A stretch of 64,000 bases of DNA from an uncultured virus (IMG/VR IMGVR_UViG_3300025913_000002) (Duplodnaviria > Heunggongvirae > Uroviricota > Caudoviricetes): the IMG/VR virus record IMGVR_UViG_3300025913_000002; one strand, written 5' to 3'. Of this stretch, positions 36,373-45,255 are shown piece by piece. The notes below the pieces were generated by a model. The model was not told where the DNA came from. It ran no database searches and saw nothing but the letters and a program-made list of their open reading frames with translations. The first letter of the stretch is position 1. Each line of letters starts with the position of its first letter. The position numbers and the translations under genes were made by a program.

Positions 36373-37041
36373 GATGTCGGCGTGCGTCACCGTCGCGAGT
36401 TCCTCGAAGTAGAAGCGGCAGAGCGATTGCAGAACGTCGTCGTCCGCATCCTCTACTGCGACGACGTTCGGGAAGTAGCGCACGGAGTGATCGTAGTCAC
36501 GCCGTACGGCGCGCTGAAGGGTCTCCAGCACAAATCGCTTACTGTAGGCGGTCGCCCACTGCAGAGATACCCAGGCCGCGTAAGCACGATCGATGCGCGT
36601 CTTCGCGGTCAGCGTGAGCGCCTTCTTCACTTCCTCGGCGTACCGCTTCTGCTGAAACGCGAGCCGCTTCTCTTCCGCCTTCCTGCACTCTTCCTCCCAC
36701 TTCGTGACTGCTTCGATGTCCTTGACCGCATCCTCGCCCGACGCGTTCGGTTTCTCGGGAACCGGGTGCTTCGCTTCCGACTCGCTCTTGATCGCTCGGA
36801 ACTCGCCGTCGGCGATCAGTTCCGCTTGCTCGGTCGCAGGCTTGCCGCGTATCTCGGCCATGACCGCCGAATAGTCGGCACCGCCCTTCGAGATCGGCCT
36901 GCACTTTTTCGCAGTAAAGAAACTCGTCTCTTCGCGGACTTCATCGCTTAGGAGTGAATTAAGGGTACAAACCCATACCGTGTCGTCGTTCGGGAGCCTT
37001 AGTTCGGCCGCCGTGCGACGCGGGAACGTAGCATCACTCAT
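36364..37041 (-). CDS. tail assembly chaperone (G)
   Basis: Between tube and TMP; ends DIPT*; slippery CCCT plus downstream hairpin. Confidence 0.7.
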   Translation of the reverse strand: MSDATFPRRTAAELRLPNDDTVWVCTLNSLLSDEVREETSFFTAKKCRPISKGGADYSAVMAEIRGKPATEQAELIADGEFRAIKSESEAKHPVPEKPNASGEDAVKDIEAVTKWEEECRKAEEKRLAFQQKRYAEEVKKALTLTAKTRIDRAYAAWVSLQWATAYSKRFVLETLQRAVRRDYDHSVRYFPNVVAVEDADDDVLQSLCRFYFEELATVTHADIPT

Positions 37042-37121
37042 AGATCGCGCCGCCTCCTATACGGCTTGATCTTCCCGCCCGAACACGCGATAGGAGCGCG
37101 GTCCAGGCGGGAAGAGGGGAA

Positions 37122-38342
37122 TTAGCTCGCGTCCCAGCCACCCATACCACCACCGGTGTAAGTCCCGCTGCCACCGAGCAGCGCGGCGTGGGTGTAGCTG
37201 TTCTGGAGGGTGATCTTACAGGAGTAGCCGAACGACGGGTCTTTCTCGGCCTGGAAGGTCGAGTTAACCATCATCGTTTTCTGCATTCTGGTCACAGGCG
37301 CGTTCAGTAGTTTCACGCGCGGCAGATGGACTTCGTAGCTGTAGTAGAAGCCAGTCGATCCGATCTGAGCGCCGATGTACTGGCAGTTGATGCCGAACTT
37401 GCAGTTCGTGAGATTGGCCCGCGCAATCGTGTTGTCGAGGAACAGGAAGTCCATCTTCCCGCTTGCGCTAAAAACGTTGCCAACAGGGTCGGTCGGGTCG
37501 AACCCACTCCCCCCCGACATGTGGCTCTCAATGTCGCGGATGAGGTCAAGAACCCACCCCGGCTGAATGCGCGCATCGACCGCCGAATCGTTGAGCGTTA
37601 CGAAGGTGTTCGAGAACCCCGACTCGTTGCCGAACCGCATGTTCCCCCACACCAGCGGCCCGTTCCCACAGTTTCCCTCGGCCACGTCGATTGCGGTCGG
37701 TGCGAGGTTGAGTTTCACCTGCTTCGTTCCATCCCCGCCGAGCTGCGATGGAAGAAGTGCGGCTGCGTTCGTGAAATCGTAGTCCGTGTCAACGTTGCCG
37801 CCCGCAGGATAGCGGTTGGGTATCTGCCGGTGCGCGTAATAGTCGGCCTGCCATGTCAGGACCGCTCCGTGCGTGATGTGAAGACCAGGGAAAATCAGTC
37901 CGGTCGAGAGTCGTCCGCTCGACGCATCCCCGTACTGCTCCTCCATCACAAAAGAGGGCATGTGCCGCACTGTCGGCGTAAAGACGTGCTTGAGGGCACC
38001 CGCTGCAAGCGTCGATTCTACATCGCGCCCGAAGACACCGAGTGCCGGATAATACAGATTTTCAGGGTCGAGCTTGGCGCTGTCCTTCCCCTGGTAATTC
38101 TTCCCGGTGAGTGTTACGCGATGGATTTCGGAGTCACCGTCCTGCTCGTCCGTTCCGACATCCTTCGTCGTGCCATCGGAGAAGCCGCCGCCCGGCTCCG
38201 CGATGAAGAAGCGCATCGGGTTTGTGTTAACGATCCCGACGTTGTAAACGTTCCCACCAAGCGAGGTAAGCGGTGCGGACCGGAACGCCGATTCGATGCC
38301 AAGTCCCACGATGCTCTGACGACCTGATTGCGGGTTTGCCAT
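37122..38342 (-). CDS. major tail tube protein
   Basis: N-terminal G..S.VGLGIE..F, HVFTP...PSF..E..., LPRVKL, ITLQN. Confidence 0.8.
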   Translation of the reverse strand: MANPQSGRQSIVGLGIESAFRSAPLTSLGGNVYNVGIVNTNPMRFFIAEPGGGFSDGTTKDVGTDEQDGDSEIHRVTLTGKNYQGKDSAKLDPENLYYPALGVFGRDVESTLAAGALKHVFTPTVRHMPSFVMEEQYGDASSGRLSTGLIFPGLHITHGAVLTWQADYYAHRQIPNRYPAGGNVDTDYDFTNAAALLPSQLGGDGTKQVKLNLAPTAIDVAEGNCGNGPLVWGNMRFGNESGFSNTFVTLNDSAVDARIQPGWVLDLIRDIESHMSGGSGFDPTDPVGNVFSASGKMDFLFLDNTIARANLTNCKFGINCQYIGAQIGSTGFYYSYEVHLPRVKLLNAPVTRMQKTMMVNSTFQAEKDPSFGYSCKITLQNSYTHAALLGGSGTYTGGGMGGWDAS

Positions 38343-38393
38343 GTCATTCTCCTCAAACCGCCAGAGCGGTATGCATACGGTAATAAGACCTGC

Positions 38394-38951
38394 TTACGCG
38401 TCGCAGGTCGGGTTCCAACTGTAGTGAATGCGGACCGGTACGATCGCGATCCCTTCCGCCGATTGCTGAGTGCCGCCGCCGGTGGCCGTCGTCCAGACGC
38501 GTTCGTTCGTGATGCTCCCGGCCCCGCCGGGCATCTCTAGTCCGTACCAGTAGTCCGTCACGACGATCTGGGTCATCAGGATCACCTTCACGTTTCGGCG
38601 CAGTTGGTTGCGCATCTTCCGAGCGGTGTACTTGTCCGTCGCGAGGCACGTGATGTAGAGCGGCACGGTGAGGAGGCGTAACTCGACGCGCCCGGCCCCG
38701 GATTGCACTTCGAACTCCTCGTCGTCGGTCGCTTCCAGTCCGCGCGTCCCGACGTAGATACCCGGACTATGCCCCACGCCATCCGTGTCGTGCGACTTGT
38801 CGAAGAGGTTCACATAGCCTGCTGTCGGTGTGTCCCCGAGCGACTCGCGCTTGACGCCCGTCCAGCCAGGGGCATAAGAATTCCCGCCTGCGTAAAGGCG
38901 GGAATCGGCAGCGAGGATCGTTAGCAGTTTTTCGCTTATCTTCTGGATCAT
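38394..38951 (-). CDS. tail terminator-like protein
   Basis: Synteny; I...L.TIL.AD..L...P.IYV. Confidence 0.65.
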   Translation of the reverse strand: MIQKISEKLLTILAADSRLYAGGNSYAPGWTGVKRESLGDTPTAGYVNLFDKSHDTDGVGHSPGIYVGTRGLEATDDEEFEVQSGAGRVELRLLTVPLYITCLATDKYTARKMRNQLRRNVKVILMTQIVVTDYWYGLEMPGGAGSITNERVWTTATGGGTQQSAEGIAIVPVRIHYSWNPTCDA

Positions 38952-39289
38952 TGAGTAGTCAGCACCACGAGAACCGTAACCGCTGCGAATGTGTTCCCGA
39001 CGTGGTGGGGGATCATGCCCCTTACCACGCCCGTCCATCCGTCGAGCGTCCGCTTGATCTCAGAACCGTTCGAGAGCAGGTATGGGCTTGCGAGCGCACT
39101 CGCCTGGAACCGTATCTCGTAGCTCTCTTTGTTGTATTCATTCTCGCTGAGGAAGGTTTGAATGCGCTCCATCCCGGCTTCCGTCCACACAGCAGGAACT
39201 GCGGCCGAACCATTAATGGTTGTCAGACAGCCCTTCTGCTTGATGCGCTTCGTCGCGAGCCGCTTCGCCTTCGCCGCAGAGATGCCCAT
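38948..39289 (-). CDS. head-tail joining (stopper-like) protein
   Basis: Synteny and size. Confidence 0.6.
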   Translation of the reverse strand: MGISAAKAKRLATKRIKQKGCLTTINGSAAVPAVWTEAGMERIQTFLSENEYNKESYEIRFQASALASPYLLSNGSEIKRTLDGWTGVVRGMIPHHVGNTFAAVTVLVVLTTQ

Positions 39290-39290
39290 G

Positions 39291-40007
39291 TCAGCTCATC
39301 CTCTTGCCCGCTGCAATGCGCTTGAGTTTATCGTTGCCACGGCTTCGGTAGGCCATAATGACGTTTGCGAAATTCTTCTGAAGCTGCGGCACGCTCGCGG
39401 AGTTCATCCAGTTCTTAGCGCCCCCGCTCGTGTCAACCTCAAAACTCCCGATCTTCAGCGACTCGCCAGCGCCGTCCAACCCCAGGTCCTGATACCGCAG
39501 GATGCGTGCCGTGCACTCGTCGAGAATGGCCTGCGAAACGTCGTTCGGAAGCGTCGCCGCGAAGCCCCACGTCGTCGTGACGCTGATGTTCTGGATGCCG
39601 AGCGCAAAGATGCCCGAAAGCCCGTAGGAGGCCCCGAGGATCGCGCCCGACGACTGCGGACGGATGAGAGTGTTATGGCCGCGATTGTAGCCGTTGTACT
39701 TCAAGAGCACGTCGGGATAGGCAGCGCCGTAACAGGTCACGGTGAGTGGCGTGCCCGGAACGATGTCGTCCACTGGTAGTTCAGGATAGCCATTGCCGTC
39801 GAAAATGCGCGTCTCGGTCGTCGGAACGAACTGCCTCCCTGTGCCGCCCGCCCCGTGCAGTCCGACCGGCGCTTGCAGTTCACCGAGCACCTGCACGAGC
39901 ACGCGCTCCGCCTGCACCCCCACCCACGTCTGATCGAGGTCTGGGTCCTGGATGTGGACCTCAAGCCCGATTTCCGAGACGTAGGGTATGTTCAGCGAAT
40001 CGGGCAC
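39291..40007 (-). CDS. head-tail connector/adaptor
   Basis: R.F...TETRIFDGNG...NI.VT..WG...LP.DV..A...IG.F. Confidence 0.75.
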   Translation of the reverse strand: MPDSLNIPYVSEIGLEVHIQDPDLDQTWVGVQAERVLVQVLGELQAPVGLHGAGGTGRQFVPTTETRIFDGNGYPELPVDDIVPGTPLTVTCYGAAYPDVLLKYNGYNRGHNTLIRPQSSGAILGASYGLSGIFALGIQNISVTTTWGFAATLPNDVSQAILDECTARILRYQDLGLDGAGESLKIGSFEVDTSGGAKNWMNSASVPQLQKNFANVIMAYRSRGNDKLKRIAAGKRMS

Positions 40008-41011
40008 GGTTCTACCTCTTCCAGCCACGGATACACGGCGTTCAGGAAGTCGTCGAATTCGGTGTCAACGCCCATATACTTCATGCGCTCGCCTCGCATC
40101 AGGAACCGCGTGTAATAGCTCGTGATGAACTTCGACGCCATGTTCCCGACGCAAAACGCCTTCTGCTTCTGGATCACCGACCACAGCGCGACGTTGTTCG
40201 GCGTGCTGATGACCGCATCGCACCGCTCGGAGAGCGCGAGCATCTCCATGTTTCCCGGCGTCTTACCGATCATGTTCACGAGCCGGTCGTTCTCACAGAG
40301 TCGGTCGATGGGCTGTAATCCGGTCACGACGTAGGTATGCGGCGTCGTCAGAAGGAGGCGCTCGATCGCTGCCTTCCAGTGCGGCCAGTGGTTCTGAGAA
40401 GTCTCGCTCCACGTGCTTACCGGATGGATGTGGATTACTTTTCCGGGGCCGTCGAGACCGTTTTCAATGCTCGCGTTCCGAGCCCACCGTCGCGCGCTCT
40501 CGGGCAGTTTCGCGTCATGCCAGAGTTGCACCGCCTGTTTGTGGAACCACTTCATGTTGATGTGGGTCTGCGTGACTTTGCACGGATCTGGCAGGTTCGG
40601 CTCGATCGGTTGAATGACTGCAAGCCAATCGGCAGGTTCCGTGCCAGGGCGAGCGGCAATCTGCCAGAACCTCGGATATACGTCCACGCCGGTGATCTTG
40701 ACCGCGATCACGTCGCAAACAAACTCCTGTTCACGAAACCAATCCGCGATCGAAGGGTCGGGGCCAACGTAGAGCACATTGCACAGCGGTTGCCCTGTGT
40801 GCTTGAGCATGGCTTTCATAACGCCCGCACACATAAAGGCATCGCCCCAGTGCCCGAACGCCGTCGTCCACGTGATCGGTCGCTCGGGTAGATCGACGCC
40901 TCCCATAAAACTCTCGACGAGTTCGATGTCGTCGGTCATAAACTGGTTGCAGCCGGGGCAGAGTGGCGTTTCCAGCGTCCATCGGCACTGCGAGCAGGTA
41001 TATTGAGCCAT
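39992..41011 (-). CDS. GT9 (heptosyltransferase-like) glycosyltransferase with N-terminal Zn ribbon
   Basis: GHWGDAFM, IHIHP......WPHW, NMIGKT...LALSERCDAVIS; N-terminal CSQC/CPGC. Confidence 0.7.
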   Translation of the reverse strand: MAQYTCSQCRWTLETPLCPGCNQFMTDDIELVESFMGGVDLPERPITWTTAFGHWGDAFMCAGVMKAMLKHTGQPLCNVLYVGPDPSIADWFREQEFVCDVIAVKITGVDVYPRFWQIAARPGTEPADWLAVIQPIEPNLPDPCKVTQTHINMKWFHKQAVQLWHDAKLPESARRWARNASIENGLDGPGKVIHIHPVSTWSETSQNHWPHWKAAIERLLLTTPHTYVVTGLQPIDRLCENDRLVNMIGKTPGNMEMLALSERCDAVISTPNNVALWSVIQKQKAFCVGNMASKFITSYYTRFLMRGERMKYMGVDTEFDDFLNAVYPWLEEVEPCPIR

Positions 41012-41012
41012 C

Positions 41013-41213
41013 TCAGGCGGCCTGCCCCTTCGGGCCTTCGGACTTCTGCATCATAGGCGCAACAATCTGCTCAAGCGCCTCGACCCGCTTCGCGAGATCG
41101 TCGAGGGTGTTCCCGCCAATCGCCCCGCACTGCGGACACTTCCACTCCCGCAAGCCCCACGGGTGCTTCTCGACATTGCATTCCGGGCACTTCGGCCCTT
41201 GCACCAGTCCCAT
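41013..41213 (-). CDS. small Zn-ribbon plus coiled-coil protein
   Basis: CPEC...WKCPQCG, LAKRVEALE. Confidence 0.65.
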   Translation of the reverse strand: MGLVQGPKCPECNVEKHPWGLREWKCPQCGAIGGNTLDDLAKRVEALEQIVAPMMQKSEGPKGQAA

Positions 41214-41313
41214 TGTTCCCTCCCCAGAGAACGACCTAATCGAAGGCTGCGCACCGGCTGCGGTAGGTCGCCGCTTTTCCCCGTCGGGTGCCGGTGCGCA
41301 AGGTGAGAACGAC

Positions 41314-42282
41314 TTACGCGGCGGTCTGGATCTGGACGCCGTGGGTCGGTCGCATCATCGTGTAGCCGTACAGGACATCCAGAGTCAGGACGTGCGCGCC
41401 CTGGAGGTGCTGGTAGGAGTGCATGAGGCGCAGAGAAATCCCGCTCTCGGGATCGGTGATGACCGTCGCCTGCACGCCAAGGTTGCCGTCCGGGTTCTCC
41501 AGTGGACGAGAGGCGAACAGTATCGCATCCTCCGAGAAGAACGCGTTCCTGTCGTAGAGCGGGCTGGCGGCGTTCGGGATGAGCTGCGTCACCGCGAGTT
41601 CGAAGTTGTACAGCTTGCCGAGCGCGCCCGCCATCGTAAACGGACCGGCCCCACTCGCGCCGCCGACCTGCGCGTTCGTGATGTCGTTGGACACACCGAG
41701 CGAGTCGTAGCGCACGAGCCGGTCGATCTGGAAGAGCGCCTGCGCCTGGCTGACGCCGCAGATGCCGTACTTCTTCATGCTCGCGGGAACCTGCGCGGTC
41801 ACGAGGTACCCCCACGCTGTGATGATGTTCGCTTCCGTGATGTTGCCCGCGTTGACAATCGTGCCGCCCGTGAAGGAGGTCACGAGGCTCAACAGATCGA
41901 CATCGATCTGTTCTGCCAATGCGATGCACGCATCCTCGACATACCCCTGGATCACGTTCTGATTGGCCGTCGCGATTGCGCGCGACTCCACGCCGAACGT
42001 GACTTCCTTGTGCTTGTTGAGTGTCAGGTCAACGGTCGAGGAAGAGGGGTTCTGAACCGTGTAGTTCTGGTTCTCCGCCTTGTCGTTGACCGAGAGGCTG
42101 CCGCGCTTCGGCAGGTGCAGGGTCTGCCCGACGTTGAACTTCTGCGTGCTGTCGAGATCGGTGTCCCGAGTAACACACTTCTGGATTGTCAGGTAGTTGC
42201 GCAGTCGTCCGAGTGCGACGTTCAGCCAGACTTCGGGGATGAACCCGCTGGCTTGAGAAGTCGTGATGTTGGTATTTGCCAT
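41314..42282 (-). CDS. major capsid protein (HK97 fold)
   Basis: FIPEVW, G.TLHLP, ALAEQID.D, DVLYG...RP. Confidence 0.9.
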   Translation of the reverse strand: MANTNITTSQASGFIPEVWLNVALGRLRNYLTIQKCVTRDTDLDSTQKFNVGQTLHLPKRGSLSVNDKAENQNYTVQNPSSSTVDLTLNKHKEVTFGVESRAIATANQNVIQGYVEDACIALAEQIDVDLLSLVTSFTGGTIVNAGNITEANIITAWGYLVTAQVPASMKKYGICGVSQAQALFQIDRLVRYDSLGVSNDITNAQVGGASGAGPFTMAGALGKLYNFELAVTQLIPNAASPLYDRNAFFSEDAILFASRPLENPDGNLGVQATVITDPESGISLRLMHSYQHLQGAHVLTLDVLYGYTMMRPTHGVQIQTAA

Positions 42283-42309
42283 GTCCGATTACTCTCCCAG
42301 GCAGGCAAC

Positions 42310-42335
42310 AAAAAAGCCCCGATCGCTCGGAGCCT
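42310..42335 (-). terminator. intrinsic terminator between scaffold and capsid genes
   Basis: AGGCTCCGA-GCGA-TCGGGGCTT followed by a T run. Confidence 0.7.
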
Positions 42336-42386
42336 GTTCATCTGCCTATTCGATTGTTAGCCTGCCCGTGAGAGGGTCAGGAGGGG

Positions 42387-42980
42387 TTAGCGGTTGATGC
42401 GCCCTTCGCGCATCGCCGCCATGATGTCTTTCTCGTTCGCTCTAAAAAACACGGGGTCTGAGAGCTGCTCCTTGGTGTAAGTCGCGCCCTTCGGCCCCTG
42501 GTCGTTCGTCGGGTTGGTGGGAGTGCCCACCTTCGGCCGCGCCTTCGTGAAACCTTTCTGCACAAGGTCCTCGGCGTCAGCACGGATAGCCGCCTCGTCA
42601 GTCCCGATGAGGCGCGGGATCATCTCGTCGCGCAGGTTGAACTCGCGGCCTATCTTGTCGCGTAGGGCGTTCATTCGGAACCCCTCGACTTCTGCGGCAA
42701 GTTGGTCGCGCTCTTCCTTGATGCGGGCTTCGTCGGAGAGCTTCGCTTTACGCGCCTCTTCCGCTGCCGCCTTCGACTCTTCGTCGCGACGCTTGTAGGC
42801 TTCGTTTTCACGGCGAAGGGCTTCGAGTTCTGCCTTCCGCTTTTCCTCACGAGCCGCATACGCCTCGCGCGCTCGCTCAGCTTCCGTCTTGACAACTGCC
42901 TCGGGTTCCTGCCCGGCAGATTCATCAACCGTCTCCGCCGTGGTGTCTTCAGCGGGATTCGCTACTTCGAGATCGGCCAT
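42387..42980 (-). CDS. capsid scaffolding protein
   Basis: Acidic/coiled-coil; RLIGTDE..I.ADAE.L; upstream of MCP. Confidence 0.85.
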   Translation of the reverse strand: MADLEVANPAEDTTAETVDESAGQEPEAVVKTEAERAREAYAAREEKRKAELEALRRENEAYKRRDEESKAAAEEARKAKLSDEARIKEERDQLAAEVEGFRMNALRDKIGREFNLRDEMIPRLIGTDEAAIRADAEDLVQKGFTKARPKVGTPTNPTNDQGPKGATYTKEQLSDPVFFRANEKDIMAAMREGRINR

Positions 42981-43084
42981 ATTCGTTGCAACCCTTCTCC
43001 CGTTTTAGAGCCTGGGGGAGGCTTCGTCTCATGCGTTTCGGGCCTGCATGGTGGGCGCTATTTTCCTGGTGCGCTTCTTCTTCG

Positions 43085-43423
43085 TTAAACTGGCGGCGCT
43101 TCGTCCGCTGGTGGAGGGTTTTCAGGTGCCGGGGCCGGTGCGGGTGCAGGCGGGATAAGCGCCTCAAGAGCATCGACCTGCGCGTTCAGCCGAGCGGCGT
43201 CTGCACTCTCGCCAGCGGCGATCTGTGCCTGCAGGTCGGCGATTGTCGCATCATCTGCGACCGACTTGGCTTCCAGGTCGCTAACGACCTTGTTGAGTGC
43301 TGGAATATCTTTGTCCAGTCTGTCGAGGGCATCCGTTAATAGGCTCAAGATTTGCTCCATTCTGTGCATGTACATCCCGCGAAGGATGCGGTACGCTTCG
43401 TCGATGTCGTGGGTCTTACTCAT
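43085..43423 (-). CDS. coiled-coil hypothetical protein, Pro-rich tail
   Basis: GGAGG RBS. Confidence 0.6.
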   Translation of the reverse strand: MSKTHDIDEAYRILRGMYMHRMEQILSLLTDALDRLDKDIPALNKVVSDLEAKSVADDATIADLQAQIAAGESADAARLNAQVDALEALIPPAPAPAPAPENPPPADEAPPV

Positions 43424-43445
43424 GCGCCCTCCCAATCCGGCGCTC

Positions 43446-43643
43446 TTACTTCTGCGCTTTCATCGCCGCCGCAGTCCCGGCGTCCTGCGGCCCCGTCTTG
43501 CTCGGCCCTGCAGGAGCATCGCCTGCCCCTGCCACGCCGCCTTTGTTTCTTAGCGCCGCCTGCGTACCCGCCTCCAGAGTGCCCGTAGGTTGCCCCGCAG
43601 TCGCCGCGTTCGGATTGCGGTTCGCTCCGTCAGTGATTGCCAT
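43446..43643 (-). CDS. small Ala/Gly-rich protein
   Basis: GAAAGG RBS. Confidence 0.55.
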   Translation of the reverse strand: MAITDGANRNPNAATAGQPTGTLEAGTQAALRNKGGVAGAGDAPAGPSKTGPQDAGTAAAMKAQK

Positions 43644-44071
43644 AACTGTTTAACCTTTCTGATTTGGTTCGTGCCGATATGTCGCCACGAAGGTATTTCG
43701 TAGGCTGGCACATCGGCCAACGCCCATACGTGAAGTGTCAGGATGATGCGCATGAAAAACCATCGCCATGCGTTCACGACGATAAGTGCCGTTTTATGCA
43801 ACATCCACCGGTACGGCCACGGTGTGACGCACATGTAAAGAGCGTCTGCGTACGCCATTCGCTCTTCCAGAAGTCGCCAGTCAAGGCCCATCATTCCGAT
43901 CTTCTTCGGGAACGCTTTGCAATCTAGCGAGATGTGTCTTAACGCGTAATATGAAATGGCGATAGGTGCTCGCAGGTCGCCTTCAATGCGGACAGGAATG
44001 TGATGATGCACGTTTGCCCGCAAAGGGTCAGGAACGGCTTCCATAACGATCTGACAAGTCTTCATGGTCAC
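43550..44071 (-). CDS. hypothetical protein
   Basis: GTGA overlap with the upstream 51-aa ORF (44068-44223). Confidence 0.45.
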   Translation of the reverse strand: MTMKTCQIVMEAVPDPLRANVHHHIPVRIEGDLRAPIAISYYALRHISLDCKAFPKKIGMMGLDWRLLEERMAYADALYMCVTPWPYRWMLHKTALIVVNAWRWFFMRIILTLHVWALADVPAYEIPSWRHIGTNQIRKVKQLWQSLTERTAIRTRRLRGNLRALWRRVRRRR

Positions 44072-44223
44072 GGCTTCTTCTTCGACTTTCGGTTTTTCGC
44101 CTTGGGAGGCGTTGTACGCGCCTTAATCTCGCGCATCCCCCATTGAAATAGTTCTGTTGCAGCGAGGCTCAGAACAGCGATTAGAACAGCCTCGGTTATC
44201 TGCTTCTTGCCATTAGCCTGCAT

Positions 44224-45255
44224 CTATCCCACCTCATCCTGTTCTCGAAACAACCCTAAATCGAGTCCCGTCGGCCTGTTCCAATCGTGCGCCGCCACGG
44301 TATCCAGCACATACTGCGCCGTCGCGCGCTCGGTGAGGTGCGTCATGCAGTGGTCGTAACCGCGTTCGTAGATGCCGAACGACCGTTCCGGGTCGGCAAG
44401 TGCGGAGTGCAATTTCTGGCAAACATCCGTCCCGAGGAACTCCTCACCGTCGCTTTCGACATCGTAGGCGACGGACGTCACACCATCTTCTAAGGGCGCG
44501 CGCGTGCGAATCGACAGCGGCCCTTGCAGGAGGAGCGTTCGCACGAGAACCTCGGTCATCCGAAACGAACCGGAACCGTAGCCGTCGAAGGAAACGCTTG
44601 CCTTCGCGGATCGCGTGCGGCTGAAGAACTCGTCTTGCGGCATCCTCGGAACCTGCTCGCCTGCCTGGTCATTCAGGACGCGGATTTCCGATTTTACGTG
44701 ACACCCACGCAGCGCGTCCGTGATGTGCATCCGCCACGGGTGCGATGCGCCCCAGCTTACGAACAAATCCTGCTCGCGGCGTAAGTACTCCTCGCGGTCA
44801 GGGCGATCGTGACAGACCGAGAATGCGTAGAGCGGGTAGTCGATCGGATGGTACTCGCTCGGAAACTCGATGTACTTGCTGTGCTCGCGCAGGAAGTAGG
44901 GGAACGACTTGCCCTGCAAGAACCGCCTCAGTTTCTCCTGCTCACCGCAATCCTTCGTGTCGTGGCTCATGCTTCCCGGCGCAAAAGCGTTCGCGTAGTG
45001 CCGGATGATGTTCGGGAGCCGCTTGTAGTACCCGTACTCAGCACAATCGACGAATGCGATCGGCACGCTATCGTCCGGGAACGTCGGGTAGATGTATTCG
45101 CGGGTGTGGGCGGTCTGATTAAAAATCAGGACAAGATCGTAACCATTGCCGGGATTGAAGTACGTGACTTCGTGGCCGAGTTCTTGCAGGCCCCGGAAGA
45201 GACCGACTTGCAGCGGGCTCCCGCCGAGTGTCGAGAGGTAGAGTGCGATCTTCAA
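44224..45255 (-). CDS. glycosyltransferase (GT-B, CgeB/GT1-like)
   Basis: GLQELGHEV, DLFVSWG...R, F......K..V...GYG..SFRMTE. Confidence 0.7.
   Translation of the reverse strand: MKIALYLSTLGGSPLQVGLFRGLQELGHEVTYFNPGNGYDLVLIFNQTAHTREYIYPTFPDDSVPIAFVDCAEYGYYKRLPNIIRHYANAFAPGSMSHDTKDCGEQEKLRRFLQGKSFPYFLREHSKYIEFPSEYHPIDYPLYAFSVCHDRPDREEYLRREQDLFVSWGASHPWRMHITDALRGCHVKSEIRVLNDQAGEQVPRMPQDEFFSRTRSAKASVSFDGYGSGSFRMTEVLVRTLLLQGPLSIRTRAPLEDGVTSVAYDVESDGEEFLGTDVCQKLHSALADPERSFGIYERGYDHCMTHLTERATAQYVLDTVAAHDWNRPTGLDLGLFREQDEVG

Noticed and set aside
40963..42360. 465-aa plus-strand ORF and similar antisense ORFs over late genes
   Set aside because: Antisense shadows expected from high third-position GC
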